Notes: generated by a model from the sequence alone, not told the origin. A stretch of 64,000 bases of DNA from Clostridia bacterium (GCA_017430145.1 JAFRNP010000131.1:8885-72884), one strand, 5' to 3'; positions 8,676-18,452 are shown, counted from the first letter of the stretch. Numbers and translations are program-made.

Positions 8676-9173
8676 TCAATTATTAAAATGCTCCGTTTTC
8701 CGAAAGCCGTGCATAAAACCGTCAAGCCGTACGCTGCAAATATCCCCGGCGATCACGTTTCCGTGAAAGACAAGCAATGTCGCCTGTACGCTGCCGTCTG
8801 TCACACCGGGATAATTCCCGATCCTGTACACGAACTTATCGACCTGTTTTCCCCGATAGGGGGTCAGGTCAAATCCCTGCGATAACTGCAGCGCATTGTA
8901 TTCTTCATACGTTCTGTCAAATACGGCAGGAACCGTGACCTGCGTCTTTTCGACCGGCATATCCCCTTCGATCTCCCATCCGTAAGACTTAAGGAACGAA
9001 CGGTGCCTTTCGATAAAAGACTCCTCCGGTGCCGCCGACGACACCGGACGCGTACAAGCGGAGATCTGCACGAGAAGAATGACGATAAAAACGATCCCGG
9101 CGCTTGCCAGAAGGCCTGTCAGGTAAAAGCGAGGAGAACGGAACGATATGACAACCATAAAAACACCTCGCAT
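8676..9173 (-). CDS. DUF4830-like membrane-anchored protein (function unknown)
   Basis: N-terminal TM helix. The C-terminal part (LKSYGWEIEGD...VPAVFDRTYEEYNALQLSQGFDLTPYRGKQV...LLVFHGNVIAGDI...LDGFMHGF) resembles the DUF4830 family from memory. The start is ambiguous (9173 or 9158). Confidence 0.5.
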   Translation of the reverse strand: MRGVFMVVISFRSPRFYLTGLLASAGIVFIVILLVQISACTRPVSSAAPEESFIERHRSFLKSYGWEIEGDMPVEKTQVTVPAVFDRTYEEYNALQLSQGFDLTPYRGKQVDKFVYRIGNYPGVTDGSVQATLLVFHGNVIAGDICSVRLDGFMHGFRKTEHFNN

Positions 9174-9209
9174 GATTTTTATGCGAGGCGTCTGTTCGCT
9201 ATTACCGGA

Positions 9210-9764
9210 TCAGTTGCCGGGGTTTTTCGCAGTCGCGGATTTCAACTGCTGAGAGGCAATGCGGACCTTGTTCAGGCTCTTCGAGAACTCCTCAATACTG
9301 GTGGCAAGGATCTCGTCGCTCTCGTTCATGATCGTATCGACAAACATGCTGGCGCTGGAACGCAGCTCCTGCGCCCAGTTCTGTGCGTTCGTAATGATCT
9401 CGTTGGAATTCGCCTTTGCCTTTTCGATCAGCTCGGCGGCCTGCCGCTTTGCTTCGTTGATGATCTCAGCGGCATTCAGCTCCGCATTTTTGGTGATCTC
9501 ATTTTCTTCGACAAGCTTTCTTGCCTGGATCTCCGCCTGCTTGATCTTCAGCTCAGCAGCATCAGATGCAGCAGAAAGGATCACCTTGCGCTCCGCAGCG
9601 ATCTTTCTCGCCTGGATCACTTCATCCGGCATATTGACTTTGATATCGGCAATGATCGAGCGCATCGCATCTGCATCGACCTTGATCTTTCCGCCGCCGA
9701 CAAGCGAAGGTTTCCCTTCTTCGATCAAATCTTCCATCTGGGCAAGTAAATCGTCAACTTTCAT
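9210..9764 (-). CDS. Conserved coiled-coil protein (often annotated ATPase / ATP-synthase-b-like in Clostridia), function unknown
   Basis: ATG 9764 overlaps the coaD stop (ATGA), with AGGTG 6 nt upstream. The sequence is A/E/K/I-rich helical (KIAAERKVILSAASDAAELKIKQAEIQARKLVEENEITKNAELNAAEIINEAKRQAAELIEKAKA). Confidence 0.6.
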   Translation of the reverse strand: MKVDDLLAQMEDLIEEGKPSLVGGGKIKVDADAMRSIIADIKVNMPDEVIQARKIAAERKVILSAASDAAELKIKQAEIQARKLVEENEITKNAELNAAEIINEAKRQAAELIEKAKANSNEIITNAQNWAQELRSSASMFVDTIMNESDEILATSIEEFSKSLNKVRIASQQLKSATAKNPGN

Positions 9765-10258
9765 TGCGTACACCTTTCTCTTATAAGTTTAATTATATCC
9801 TCTTTGATTTCCGGCGGGACAAACCCACCGATATCTCCGCCGAAGGACCCGATCTCCTTGACGACACTGGAACTTAAAAACATATGCTCCGCGCTGGTGA
9901 CAAGAAAGACCGTTTCCACGCCCGGCGCGATTTTTTTATTCGCCAACGCCTGCTTGAATTCATCATCGAAATCAGACAGTGCGCGCAGGCCTTTGACAAT
10001 AGCGATAGCGCCCTTCTCCTTTGCATAGTCCGCAAGCAGGCCGTCAAAGAAATCGACTTCCACGTTCGGAAATTTTGCGGTTGCGCGCCGCATAAAATCC
10101 ACGCGCTCCTCAGGCGTAAACAAACTGACTTTTTTTCTGTTGACCATCGTCAGCATGATCACTTTATCAAACATCTTGGATGCTCTGCCCACAATGTCCA
10201 CATGCCCGATCGTGATCGGGTCAAAGCTTCCCGGGCAGATCGCGACCGCCACAGCCAT
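9761..10258 (-). CDS. coaD: Phosphopantetheine adenylyltransferase
   Basis: MAVAVAICPGSFDPITIGHVDIV (the PGSFDPxTxGH motif); about 165 aa. Confidence 0.9.
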   Translation of the reverse strand: MAVAVAICPGSFDPITIGHVDIVGRASKMFDKVIMLTMVNRKKVSLFTPEERVDFMRRATAKFPNVEVDFFDGLLADYAKEKGAIAIVKGLRALSDFDDEFKQALANKKIAPGVETVFLVTSAEHMFLSSSVVKEIGSFGGDIGGFVPPEIKEDIIKLIRERCTQ

Positions 10259-10267
10259 CACCTCATT

Positions 10268-10816
10268 TTATCCGGTTTCCCCGCCGGAACGATATACCGT
10301 AAGTTTTGTCGCCGAATACCGGTAGGTTTTCGGCCGGTCAAGCGGACCGATCGATGCAGGCAGCACTTCCGATTCATGCGTTTCACATATGACGACCGAT
10401 CCCGGATGAAGCAGCCGCGGTAAAAGCTCTGCCGCCGCTGCACAAAGGCCCTTATCGTAGGGAGGGTCCATCAACACAACGTCAAAGGTTTGCGAAGCAT
10501 TTTGAAGAAACTGCAGCGCATCTGCATGGACAAGGGTGGAAACATCCTCAAACCCCGCAAGTGCAATATTCTTTTTTGTTATTGCAAGGCTCCTTCGGTC
10601 ACTATCGACGAAAACGGCGTTTTTTGCGCCGCGGCTGAGAGCTTCAAGCCCCAATTGCCCGCTGCCGGAAAACAGATCGAGCACGCGCGTCCCTTCCAGG
10701 TCAAACCGAAGGATACTGAACATCGCCTCTTTGACTCTATCGGTCGTCGGACGGACCTGCAGCCCCTCGGGCGACTCCAATCGTCTGCCGCGGGCGCTGC
10801 CGGAAATGATACGCAT
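10268..10816 (-). CDS. rsmD: 16S rRNA (guanine966-N2)-methyltransferase RsmD
   Basis: Start MRIISGSARGRRL with RBS AAAGGAGA. Motifs DLFSGSGQLGLEALSRGA and MDPPY are present. Confidence 0.85.
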   Translation of the reverse strand: MRIISGSARGRRLESPEGLQVRPTTDRVKEAMFSILRFDLEGTRVLDLFSGSGQLGLEALSRGAKNAVFVDSDRRSLAITKKNIALAGFEDVSTLVHADALQFLQNASQTFDVVLMDPPYDKGLCAAAAELLPRLLHPGSVVICETHESEVLPASIGPLDRPKTYRYSATKLTVYRSGGETG

Positions 10817-10920
10817 GGTTATCTCCTTTCGCTGCCGGAAGGACTCATGCCGATAAACAAAGGCGTCCGATCTCATATCCCGGTTCTTGCCGACATAAAT
10901 TGACAGGATATATCTTTTAT

Positions 10921-10950
10921 ATTATCCCACATGACCCCTTGTTTTGTCAA
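10921..10950 (-). promoter_or_regulatory. Sigma-A-type promoter candidate for rsmD-coaD
   Basis: Minus strand: TTGACA (10945-10950), 18 nt spacer, TGG-GATAAT extended -10 (10921-10929). Confidence 0.45.
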
Positions 10951-11001
10951 CACTTATTTTAACTATTTATAAGAAAAATAAGTGATTTGCCGCCGATGTT
11001 T

Positions 11002-12843
11002 TCAGGACATACTTTCATCCCCGTGGAAAAACGCATATACATTCTGTGCCGCCTGTGCAGTCATTCCCGAAACACTTGCCAGCTCATCCGGCTGCGCCTG
11101 CCTCAGGGCGTCAAGCGTCAAAAATCGTTCAAGCAGAAGCTTTGCGCGCTTTTCTCCGATCCCGGGTATCCCGGTAAGCGAATTGATAAGCGTATGCTTT
11201 TTTTTCAGGGTTTTATGATAACCGATCGCAAACCGGTGGACCTCCTCCTGGATCTCGGCAATCAGCGTAAATACGCTGCGCTTGTCCTGAATACTGATCT
11301 CTCCGCCGCCGTAAGCAATGGCGCGGGTACGGTGTTTGCCGTCTTTGACCATACCAAAAAGCGGTACGTCAAAATTGTATCGTTCAAGGATCGGTTTTAC
11401 CGCGTTCACCTGTCCGATCCCGCCGTCCAGCAAAATCAGGTCCGGTTTGCGTCCGAACCCTTCTTCTGTTTTCTCAGGGATCTCCCGATATTCCCGGATA
11501 CGGCGCTCCATGACTTCGGCAAGCGATCGGTAATCGTCCTGTCCCTCAAACGATCTGATCTGAAACCGTTTATAGCAGCGCTTGAGCGGCCGCCCGTTAC
11601 GGAAAACGACCATGCCGCACACGTTTTCCTGACCGGCCGTATTGGAGATATCGTAAGCCTCGATATAAAGCGGCAATCGTTCCAGCCCCAGCGCTTCCTG
11701 CAGCTCATAGAGGGCGGCGCTGTTTTTATTATTGGAAGAAAGCACTCGTGCAAGCTTTTCCGAAGCATTTTTCCCAGCGACGGCAAGCAGTGTTTTGCTC
11801 TCCCCTGCTTTCGGGACGTAAAGCGTGACCTTTTTGCCAGCCATTTCCGAAAAAGACTGTTCCAAAAACAATGACTGCTCCGGTTGGGTATCCAAAGTAA
11901 TGCGGTCCGGCCAGTCGCTGTCCGCCTGATAAAACGAAGCAAGCATTTCGGCGTACTCCTCCGCCGGGTTTTCAATACGTTCGACCACAGTGGTCTGCGT
12001 ATCGATCAGATCCCCTTCACGGAAACGCAGAACGCAGACGGCGGAGCGGGTATTCATGGACGCGACGCCGAACACATCCTGATTTTTATACTTGGTCGCC
12101 ACCATATACTGCCGCTGGGAGACGCGTTCAATGGCACGGATCCGGTCGCGAAGCTTTGCGGCGCGCTCATAATCCAATGCTTCGCTTGCTTCATTCATTT
12201 CGGCACGCAAGGTGCGTAACATCATATTTTTACCGCCAAGAACGAACTGAACGGCGTCCTCAACGCTGGCGTTGTGATCCTCACGGGTCACGCCCTTGCA
12301 GCATGCGCCTGCGCAGAGCTTGATATAATAGTTAAGACAAGGGCGCGCATGGCGGCTGGCGTCCCGCGGGAACTGCTTCTGGCAGTGCGGCAGCATAAAG
12401 ATATCGAGCGCCTGGCGTACAGCGTTCCCGACGGCATCGGAAGAAGTGTAAGGACCGTAGTATTTCGCGCCGTCATCCGCCTTTTGTTTGACGTCGTACA
12501 GCATTTTCCAGCTGTCGTTTGTCACCTTGATATAATGGTACCCCTTGTCGTCTCTGAGAAGGATATTATATTTCGGCATGTGCTGCTTGATCAGGCTGCA
12601 CTCCAATACCAGCGCCTCAAATTCCGAGCCGACGATCACATAATCAAAATCACTGACGTTCTGCACCATGCGTCGGACTTTACGCGTATGATTGTTTTGA
12701 GAACCGAAATACTGGCTGACGCGGTTTTTCAGCACCTTTGCCTTGCCGATATAAATGATCTCGCCGGCAGCGTTCTTCATCAGATATACACCTGGCTGCT
12801 CCGGCAGCGCCATGGCTTTTTTACGCAATTCCTCAATTTTCAT
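11002..12843 (-). CDS. uvrC: Excinuclease ABC subunit C
   Basis: GIY-YIG N-terminus PGVYLMKNAAGEIIYIGKAKVLKNRVSQYF and a C-terminal (HhH)2 LTGIPGIGEKRAKLLLERF. The start is taken at MKIEELRKKA (12843) rather than the extended ORF start at 12909. Confidence 0.92.
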   Translation of the reverse strand: MKIEELRKKAMALPEQPGVYLMKNAAGEIIYIGKAKVLKNRVSQYFGSQNNHTRKVRRMVQNVSDFDYVIVGSEFEALVLECSLIKQHMPKYNILLRDDKGYHYIKVTNDSWKMLYDVKQKADDGAKYYGPYTSSDAVGNAVRQALDIFMLPHCQKQFPRDASRHARPCLNYYIKLCAGACCKGVTREDHNASVEDAVQFVLGGKNMMLRTLRAEMNEASEALDYERAAKLRDRIRAIERVSQRQYMVATKYKNQDVFGVASMNTRSAVCVLRFREGDLIDTQTTVVERIENPAEEYAEMLASFYQADSDWPDRITLDTQPEQSLFLEQSFSEMAGKKVTLYVPKAGESKTLLAVAGKNASEKLARVLSSNNKNSAALYELQEALGLERLPLYIEAYDISNTAGQENVCGMVVFRNGRPLKRCYKRFQIRSFEGQDDYRSLAEVMERRIREYREIPEKTEEGFGRKPDLILLDGGIGQVNAVKPILERYNFDVPLFGMVKDGKHRTRAIAYGGGEISIQDKRSVFTLIAEIQEEVHRFAIGYHKTLKKKHTLINSLTGIPGIGEKRAKLLLERFLTLDALRQAQPDELASVSGMTAQAAQNVYAFFHGDESMS

Positions 12844-12898
12844 GAGAAATACAAAAAGCGTACCGGATGATAAACCGGTACGCCGCAAGTCTGAATGA

Positions 12899-13162
12899 TT
12901 ATTCGGCAAAGCCGGAGATCACAAGCTTGGAAAGCGCTTCCACAGCTTCGTTCTCATCCTGCCCGTCCGCAATGATGCTGATGTCCGTACCGCCGGTGAT
13001 GCCAAGGGAAAGAACGCCCAACAGGCTTTTTGCATTAGCTCTGCGCTCTTCTTTTTCCACCCAGATGGAGGAGCGGAACTCATTTGCCTTCTGAATAAAG
13101 AACGTAGCGGGACGTGCATGTAAGCCCACTTGATTCTGAACCGTGATTTCCTTAACGACCAT
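12899..13162 (-). CDS. ptsH: Phosphocarrier protein HPr
   Basis: 87 aa. The His15 site is GLHARPA. The Ser46 site is NAKSLLGVLSLG. Confidence 0.9.
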   Translation of the reverse strand: MVVKEITVQNQVGLHARPATFFIQKANEFRSSIWVEKEERRANAKSLLGVLSLGITGGTDISIIADGQDENEAVEALSKLVISGFAE

Positions 13163-13202
13163 AATATAGCTTCTCCTTCCGGAACCCTTATTTCTTTACT
13201 AT

Positions 13203-13230
13203 ATTATAGCACAAAGAATTTGTCCGTCAA
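13203..13230 (-). promoter_or_regulatory. Sigma-A-type promoter for ptsH
   Basis: Minus strand: TTGACG (13225-13230), 16 nt spacer, TGC-TATAAT extended -10 (13203-13211). The RBS GGAAGGAGAA precedes the ATG. Confidence 0.5.
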
Positions 13231-13358
13231 TCAAAAGAATTTCGGAAAAACAAATTTCGTTTGGTAAACTAAAAGAGCCGATTTTTTCTCTTTTTGAATT
13301 GTGCATATTCACTATAATTTTTCAGTAGTTTTTTACAATTAGACCAAAGAAAACGCCG

Positions 13359-14465
13359 TTATCCGACCGCATTCATCATTGTGTGCACCGAAGTATAGCG
13401 TGCGTCGTCAGTAGCGGCGCCTAAAACGACTGCAATATATTGCCGTCCGTTTTTTGAAAACGTAACCGTAATACAAAGCCCCGCGTCGGGCGTGCTGCCG
13501 GTTTTCAGACCGTTTACAAGCGGAGAATAATACTTATCCTTCGGATTCAGAAGACGGTTTGTATTGTAAAAGGTCAAGTCCGTACCGTTTGCAAGATACG
13601 CCGTCAGACGGTAGGTCCCGCAGATGCGCATAACGGTCGGATTATTTGACGCAGCTATTGCAAGCAGCAGAATATCCTCAGCCGTCGTGTACTGGCCGGC
13701 GGCGTCATAGCCGTCCGGGTTTACAAACCGGCTGTGCGTCATGCCGAGTTCCTTTGCTTTCAGATTCATTTTTTCAACAAAAGCGTTGACCGCATCCCGA
13801 TCAGACAGGTAAGTATGTCCTTTTCGCATGACGTTGACAGCAACGGTGTACGCCGCGTCGTTGCCGCTGGCGGTCAGCATACCGGAAAGAATCGTTTTCA
13901 GAGAAGCACGCCAGCCTTTGCGCACATAGCAAACGGAACTGTCCTCTCCGATCAGGTCGATCTCATTGCCTACGGTCATGACCGTATCTTCAGAACAATA
14001 CTCCAGGGCGGTCAGCGCGGTCAGAAGCTTTGTAATGCTTGCGGGCGCAGTGGTACGCGCAGTGTTTTTGGCAAATACGGTCTTTTCAGCCTGAACGTCA
14101 TATAACAGTGCGGATGACGCGCCGACTTCAAGCTGTAGGATCGGCGGTTCGGCAGGAAAAACGGTTTCAAGCCCGACCGAATACCGCAGCACAAGACGCG
14201 CGTCTTCGGCGCCGATCTCTCCGTTGCCGTCCACGTCCATCGTGCGTTTATCGGCGGTGGGCGTATCCAATCCGACGGAGGCACGCAATATGATCCTTGC
14301 ATCATCCGCCATCACCGCACCGTCGCCGTTTGCATCACCGAAAATGACGGCGGCAAAAGATGGGAAGACAGTCAGAGAGAGTGCAAGGGCAGCGCCCAGC
14401 AGGATGGAAATTGATTTGATAATACGTTGTTTTAACATAAGATTATTTGTCCGCTCCGTCTGCAC
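13359..14465 (-). CDS. Secreted dockerin-like module fused to an S11 D-alanyl-D-alanine carboxypeptidase domain
   Basis: Signal/[27 protein letters not shown]. Two EF-hand-like dockerin repeats: [24 protein letters not shown] and [27 protein letters not shown] motifs SITKLLT (SxxK), SGN and KTGST. The start is GTG 14465 or ATG 14438. Confidence 0.8.
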   Translation of the reverse strand: MQTERTNNLMLKQRIIKSISILLGAALALSLTVFPSFAAVIFGDANGDGAVMADDARIILRASVGLDTPTADKRTMDVDGNGEIGAEDARLVLRYSVGLETVFPAEPPILQLEVGASSALLYDVQAEKTVFAKNTARTTAPASITKLLTALTALEYCSEDTVMTVGNEIDLIGEDSSVCYVRKGWRASLKTILSGMLTASGNDAAYTVAVNVMRKGHTYLSDRDAVNAFVEKMNLKAKELGMTHSRFVNPDGYDAAGQYTTAEDILLLAIAASNNPTVMRICGTYRLTAYLANGTDLTFYNTNRLLNPKDKYYSPLVNGLKTGSTPDAGLCITVTFSKNGRQYIAVVLGAATDDARYTSVHTMMNAVG

Positions 14466-15204
14466 CGTGCCCGCATTTTTCCAGGGTCTGCCGAAGCCAT
14501 TCCCGTTCTTTTTCCGTCAGTTCGGCCTTTTCCAGAAGATCAGGCCGACGACGTGCCGTGCGAAGGATCGATTGTTCTCTGCGCCATTTATCAATATTTG
14601 CGTGATGACCGGACAGAAGCACTTCAGGCACTTCCCTGTCGTTCCAAACCGCAGGTTTCGTGTACTGCGGATATTCCAGCAAGCCGGAAAAGTGGCTCTC
14701 TTCCGAGTACGCTTCTTCATTCGGCAAAACGCCGGGCAGCATACGGGCGATACAGTCGGTCAATACCAGCGCAGGCAGCTCCCCGCCGGTGAGCACATAG
14801 TCGCCGATGGAGATCTCTTCATCCACGATCTCCTCCAACACCCGTTCATCAACGCCCTCATAATGCCCGCAGAGCAGAACGAGATGCGCTTTTTCACTCA
14901 GCGTTTTTGCTTTTTTCTGCGTCAGGACCTCTCCCTGCGGCGAAAGATAGACGACGAACGGTCTGGTTTCGGCTTCGGCTTCGATGGCACGGTAACAGTC
15001 AAAAATCGGCTGCGCCTGCATGAGCATCCCCATGCCGCCGCCGTAAGGAGAATCATCCACGCGGTTATGCTTATCGAGCGTGTAATCGCGGATATTGACG
15101 GCATTGACCGTAATCGCGCCCTTTTCGACCGCGCGCCCGAGAATACTCTCGGAAAAAACAGCGCGGCACATATCGGGGAATAAAGTCAGAATATCAATCC
15201 GCAT
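14443..15204 (-). CDS. trmD: tRNA (guanine37-N1)-methyltransferase
   Basis: [12 protein letters not shown]..., [26 protein letters not shown] 15204 overlaps the rimM 3' end. Confidence 0.9.
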   Translation of the reverse strand: MRIDILTLFPDMCRAVFSESILGRAVEKGAITVNAVNIRDYTLDKHNRVDDSPYGGGMGMLMQAQPIFDCYRAIEAEAETRPFVVYLSPQGEVLTQKKAKTLSEKAHLVLLCGHYEGVDERVLEEIVDEEISIGDYVLTGGELPALVLTDCIARMLPGVLPNEEAYSEESHFSGLLEYPQYTKPAVWNDREVPEVLLSGHHANIDKWRREQSILRTARRRPDLLEKAELTEKEREWLRQTLEKCGHGADGADK

Positions 15205-15715
15205 CGTCAAATATCCCTTTCAGCGGCCGGATCAGAATGCGGCCCTCCGCGACATCCGTTTTGATCACCACGTCCGGAATAACGGGCAGCAGATATTCCC
15301 TGCCTGCTTCGTCCGTCACGGTCCACACGTCGTTCGCCCCCGTGGACATGACGTCCGTGAGGGTCCCGTAACGCTTATCCGGCACATCGGCGTCATAAAC
15401 GGCGCATTCCAGAAGCTCTTCGATAAACCAAGTGTTGTCCGGCAGCCGGACGTCCGCTCTGCGAAAATAGAGCATCTTATTTTTCAACGACAGTGCCGCT
15501 TCAACAGAATCGACGTCCTGAAGCGTAAGCAGGATCATATTTTTATGTACACGGGCGGATACGACTTTGACCGGATCCTCCCCGTTTTTGCCGAAATACA
15601 GCGTCTTGAAATGCTTTGCAAACGCCGGAGAATCACACCAGGGGTGCACGCGCATTTCGCCGCGCACCCCATGGGTGGAAACGATCTGTCCGAGAGGAAG
15701 ATAGCTTTTGATCAT
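15194..15715 (-). CDS. rimM: 16S rRNA processing protein RimM
   Basis: [18 protein letters not shown] followed by a PRC-barrel C-terminus. The start overlaps the upstream oxidoreductase stop (ATGA). Confidence 0.85.
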   Translation of the reverse strand: MIKSYLPLGQIVSTHGVRGEMRVHPWCDSPAFAKHFKTLYFGKNGEDPVKVVSARVHKNMILLTLQDVDSVEAALSLKNKMLYFRRADVRLPDNTWFIEELLECAVYDADVPDKRYGTLTDVMSTGANDVWTVTDEAGREYLLPVIPDVVIKTDVAEGRILIRPLKGIFDDAD

Positions 15716-16866
15716 ACTTCGGGGATCTCGATCGCGATCTCTCTGCCGAGCCGGGCGGACTTGGCGATGCCGTCGATGATCGCCTGGTTGTAAAGGATCT
15801 GAGAAGAGGGCACGGGCGCGGCGCCGCCTTCTTTCACGGCGTCCACAAACAGGCGGATCTTTTTATAGAAATTATCCACACCGTCGTCCTTCTCCGGGAT
15901 CTCGGTTTCGACCTCTTCGCCGGCGATCGTCTTGTAGATCTTCAACGGGCCGCCGATGCTGCCGTTCCAGCATTCGGTGGAGGGGATGCGCAGGCCGCCC
16001 TTCTTGCCGAGGATGATAGTATCGCCGGGCGTGTCGAGGTTCATTGCCCAGGAGATACGGAAGTCAAGAACGATACCGCCTTCAAGCCGGATGAACGCAG
16101 CGGCAAAATCATCCACACTGAACACGTCGGCATATTCGGGATGGCTCTCAAAGTAAGCGGGATCCTTGCCGAAGAAATCGGAGGTATAACCGCTGACGGT
16201 CAGAGGCTTGGGATAGCCGATCGCGTTGAGCACCATATCAAGGGAATAGCAGCCGATATCGGCAAGCGCGCCGAGACCAGCAGTCTTTTCATCGATAAAG
16301 CTGGTACCGTAAGGCGTGGGAATGCCGCGCCGTCTGCCGCCGCCGGTCTGAATGTAATAAATATCACCCAGTTCTCCGGACTGCACGACCTTTTTCAGCA
16401 TTTTCATGTTCGCGTCAAAGCGGGGCTGGAAACCGATGGAAAGGATCTTTCCGCTCGCTTTTTCGGCTTTACAGATCTCGACCGCCTCTTCAAGCGTCAC
16501 ACACATGGGTTTTTCAAGCAGGACGTTTACGCCGTGCTGCAACGCATAGATGGTACATTCGGCGTGCGTACGGTTATAGGTACAAACGCTTACCGCATCC
16601 AGTTCTTCGGCGTCGATCATGGACTTGTGGTCGGGATAAAGGCGCACGCCCTCGATGCCATTGTCTTTGCAGAACTTCTCCGCTTTTCCGGGCACAAGGT
16701 CCGCGGCAGCCACGATCTCCACGTCGTCGCACTTGAGGTAATTCGCCACATGCGCCTCGGCGATCCAGCCGGTACCGATGATGCCGACTTTGATCTTCTT
16801 GTCGGATGCGCTCGTGATCTTCTCTTCGATCGTCTCCTTGAAACGGTCAAGAATGTTTGTTGCCAT
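15712..16866 (-). CDS. Gfo/Idh/MocA-family NAD(P)-dependent oxidoreductase
   Basis: Rossmann N-terminus KVGIIGTGWIAEAHV, the EKP motif (LLEKPM), and a C-terminal alpha/beta domain. Confidence 0.85.
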   Translation of the reverse strand: MATNILDRFKETIEEKITSASDKKIKVGIIGTGWIAEAHVANYLKCDDVEIVAAADLVPGKAEKFCKDNGIEGVRLYPDHKSMIDAEELDAVSVCTYNRTHAECTIYALQHGVNVLLEKPMCVTLEEAVEICKAEKASGKILSIGFQPRFDANMKMLKKVVQSGELGDIYYIQTGGGRRRGIPTPYGTSFIDEKTAGLGALADIGCYSLDMVLNAIGYPKPLTVSGYTSDFFGKDPAYFESHPEYADVFSVDDFAAAFIRLEGGIVLDFRISWAMNLDTPGDTIILGKKGGLRIPSTECWNGSIGGPLKIYKTIAGEEVETEIPEKDDGVDNFYKKIRLFVDAVKEGGAAPVPSSQILYNQAIIDGIAKSARLGREIAIEIPEV

Positions 16867-16899
16867 AAAACAGTCCTCCTTAAAGTCTGATTTGAATTT

Positions 16900-17709
16900 T
16901 TATTGACGAAGCACCGCTTCGATTTCACATTTTACCGCCTGATACAGCGCCGCGCTGGTACATAACACCTCCGACGGCGCCGACAGGCTGACCGGTTCGC
17001 CGGAGAAGGTCGTCAGTTTGCCTCCGGCCTCGTTCACAATGATAAGGCCTGCGGCATAATCCCAGGGACTCAGCCGCGCCTCAAAAAAGATCTCCGCTCT
17101 TCCCGCTGCTATAAAACAAAGATCCAGAGCCGCCGAACCGCTGCGGCGGATATCCACGCATTTATCAAACAGCGCAGCCGCGATCGCAAAAGACCGTTTG
17201 GCAAGGACCTGCCTGTCATAGGGCGATGAACCAAATTCCACCAGCGCCTCTTCCATCGGCCGATCGGACACACGGATCGGCTGCCCGTTGCACCAGGCGC
17301 CTTTTCCGGCTACCGCGTGGAAAAGCTCCCCGCCGTAGGGATCGTACACCGCCCCGAATACCGGACGCTCATCATAAAACAGCGCGACGCTGATGACGGA
17401 CGCCTTCATATCATGCATAAAATTTGTCGTCCCGTCGATCGGGTCGATAATGAAACAGTAAGCATCCTTCAACAGCGCAGGGGAATTCTCCTTTTCCTCC
17501 GCAAAGAAACGCGCGCCGGGAACGATAACCGAAAGCCCCTCGATCAGCTTTGTCTGGACAGCAAGGTCATAGTCCGTCACGAAATTGCCGGCGCCCGGTT
17601 TAAAATGGACCTCTGCGTCAACGGTCGACATTCCGTGCGCAGTCAGCATCAGACGGCCGCAGTCACGCATAAGGTCAAGGATCTGTTCCTGTTGTTTTTC
17701 CGTAAACAT
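16900..17709 (-). CDS. Inositol monophosphatase-family phosphatase (SuhB-like)
   Basis: Motifs FFAEEKE, IIDPIDGTTNF and SPWDYAAG. Confidence 0.85.
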   Translation of the reverse strand: MFTEKQQEQILDLMRDCGRLMLTAHGMSTVDAEVHFKPGAGNFVTDYDLAVQTKLIEGLSVIVPGARFFAEEKENSPALLKDAYCFIIDPIDGTTNFMHDMKASVISVALFYDERPVFGAVYDPYGGELFHAVAGKGAWCNGQPIRVSDRPMEEALVEFGSSPYDRQVLAKRSFAIAAALFDKCVDIRRSGSAALDLCFIAAGRAEIFFEARLSPWDYAAGLIIVNEAGGKLTTFSGEPVSLSAPSEVLCTSAALYQAVKCEIEAVLRQ

Positions 17710-17763
17710 TTATCGTTTTCAGACCGCCGCAAAAAACGGCAGGCATTCTCCTTCGGTCAATGA

Positions 17764-18363
17764 TCAGTTTTCAGAAGTCTGCTGTTCGTATCCGGTTTCC
17801 GGAAGCCGGATACGCAACAGCATAGCGACGCCGAACCGGGTCGTCATCTGTTTTACAAACCCGTGCTTTTCAAAAAAGGCAAGTGCGCGTTCATTTTCAG
17901 GGTCACAAACCAGCATAATCCCCGGAACACGCTGATATTTCAGATAATTCAATAACGTTTTCAGCAGCAGCTCCCCTGCGCCGATACCTCTGGAATCCTT
18001 ACGCACGCATGTAAAGAAATGCGCCCGGCAGATCTCCCGGAACATCCGGAAACGAAACGTCAGGAAACGCGTATCGACATAACACCTTGCGCTGACAGCG
18101 GCTGCTTTCGGAAGATACGTCTGCGTAAAAGCATCTTCGTACCGGTCATAATCCGGACAGCATAGAATATACCCGATCAGGGAATCGTCATCCTCCACGG
18201 CGACAAAGCAGGCCTCCGGCGTCTCATCAAGATAACAGTCGCAGTTTATCATCAAACAGATCGCACGCGCGGTTTCATCGGCGTCCGTGCAGCCGGCGTT
18301 TTCAAGACAAAGAAGACGGACCTTTTCCCGGTACCGTTCTTCATACGGAATCACGCGAATCAT
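17764..18363 (-). CDS. GNAT-family N-acetyltransferase
   Basis: Acetyl-CoA loop RKDSRGIGAGELLLKTLLNYLK and C-terminal ENERALAFFEKHGF. Confidence 0.75.
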   Translation of the reverse strand: MIRVIPYEERYREKVRLLCLENAGCTDADETARAICLMINCDCYLDETPEACFVAVEDDDSLIGYILCCPDYDRYEDAFTQTYLPKAAAVSARCYVDTRFLTFRFRMFREICRAHFFTCVRKDSRGIGAGELLLKTLLNYLKYQRVPGIMLVCDPENERALAFFEKHGFVKQMTTRFGVAMLLRIRLPETGYEQQTSEN

Positions 18364-18443
18364 GTATCTCCCACCTCAAATAGCATTTTACAATATTTTT
18401 TTAAAAAAGTCCATAACTAATTGTTCAAATCTGCGGATTTTTA

Positions 18444-18452
18444 TGCTATAAT
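18444..18452 (+). promoter_or_regulatory. Extended -10 element (TGCTATAAT) upstream of the plus-strand oxidoreductase gene
   Basis: TGCTATAAT lies 24 nt upstream of the ATG, with GGAGG at 18463-18467. No good -35 is present. Confidence 0.4.

Noticed and set aside
12844-12909. N-terminal extensions offered by the ORF track for uvrC. The same applies to stp (27562), gmk (35591), pgi (56379), the PucR-type gene (7759), GH43 (22205), HAD (20347), rsmD (10876) and M50 (41285)
   Set aside because: Internal ATGs give family-typical N-termini and usually a proper Shine-Dalgarno sequence. The extensions overlap upstream genes or intergenic promoters.
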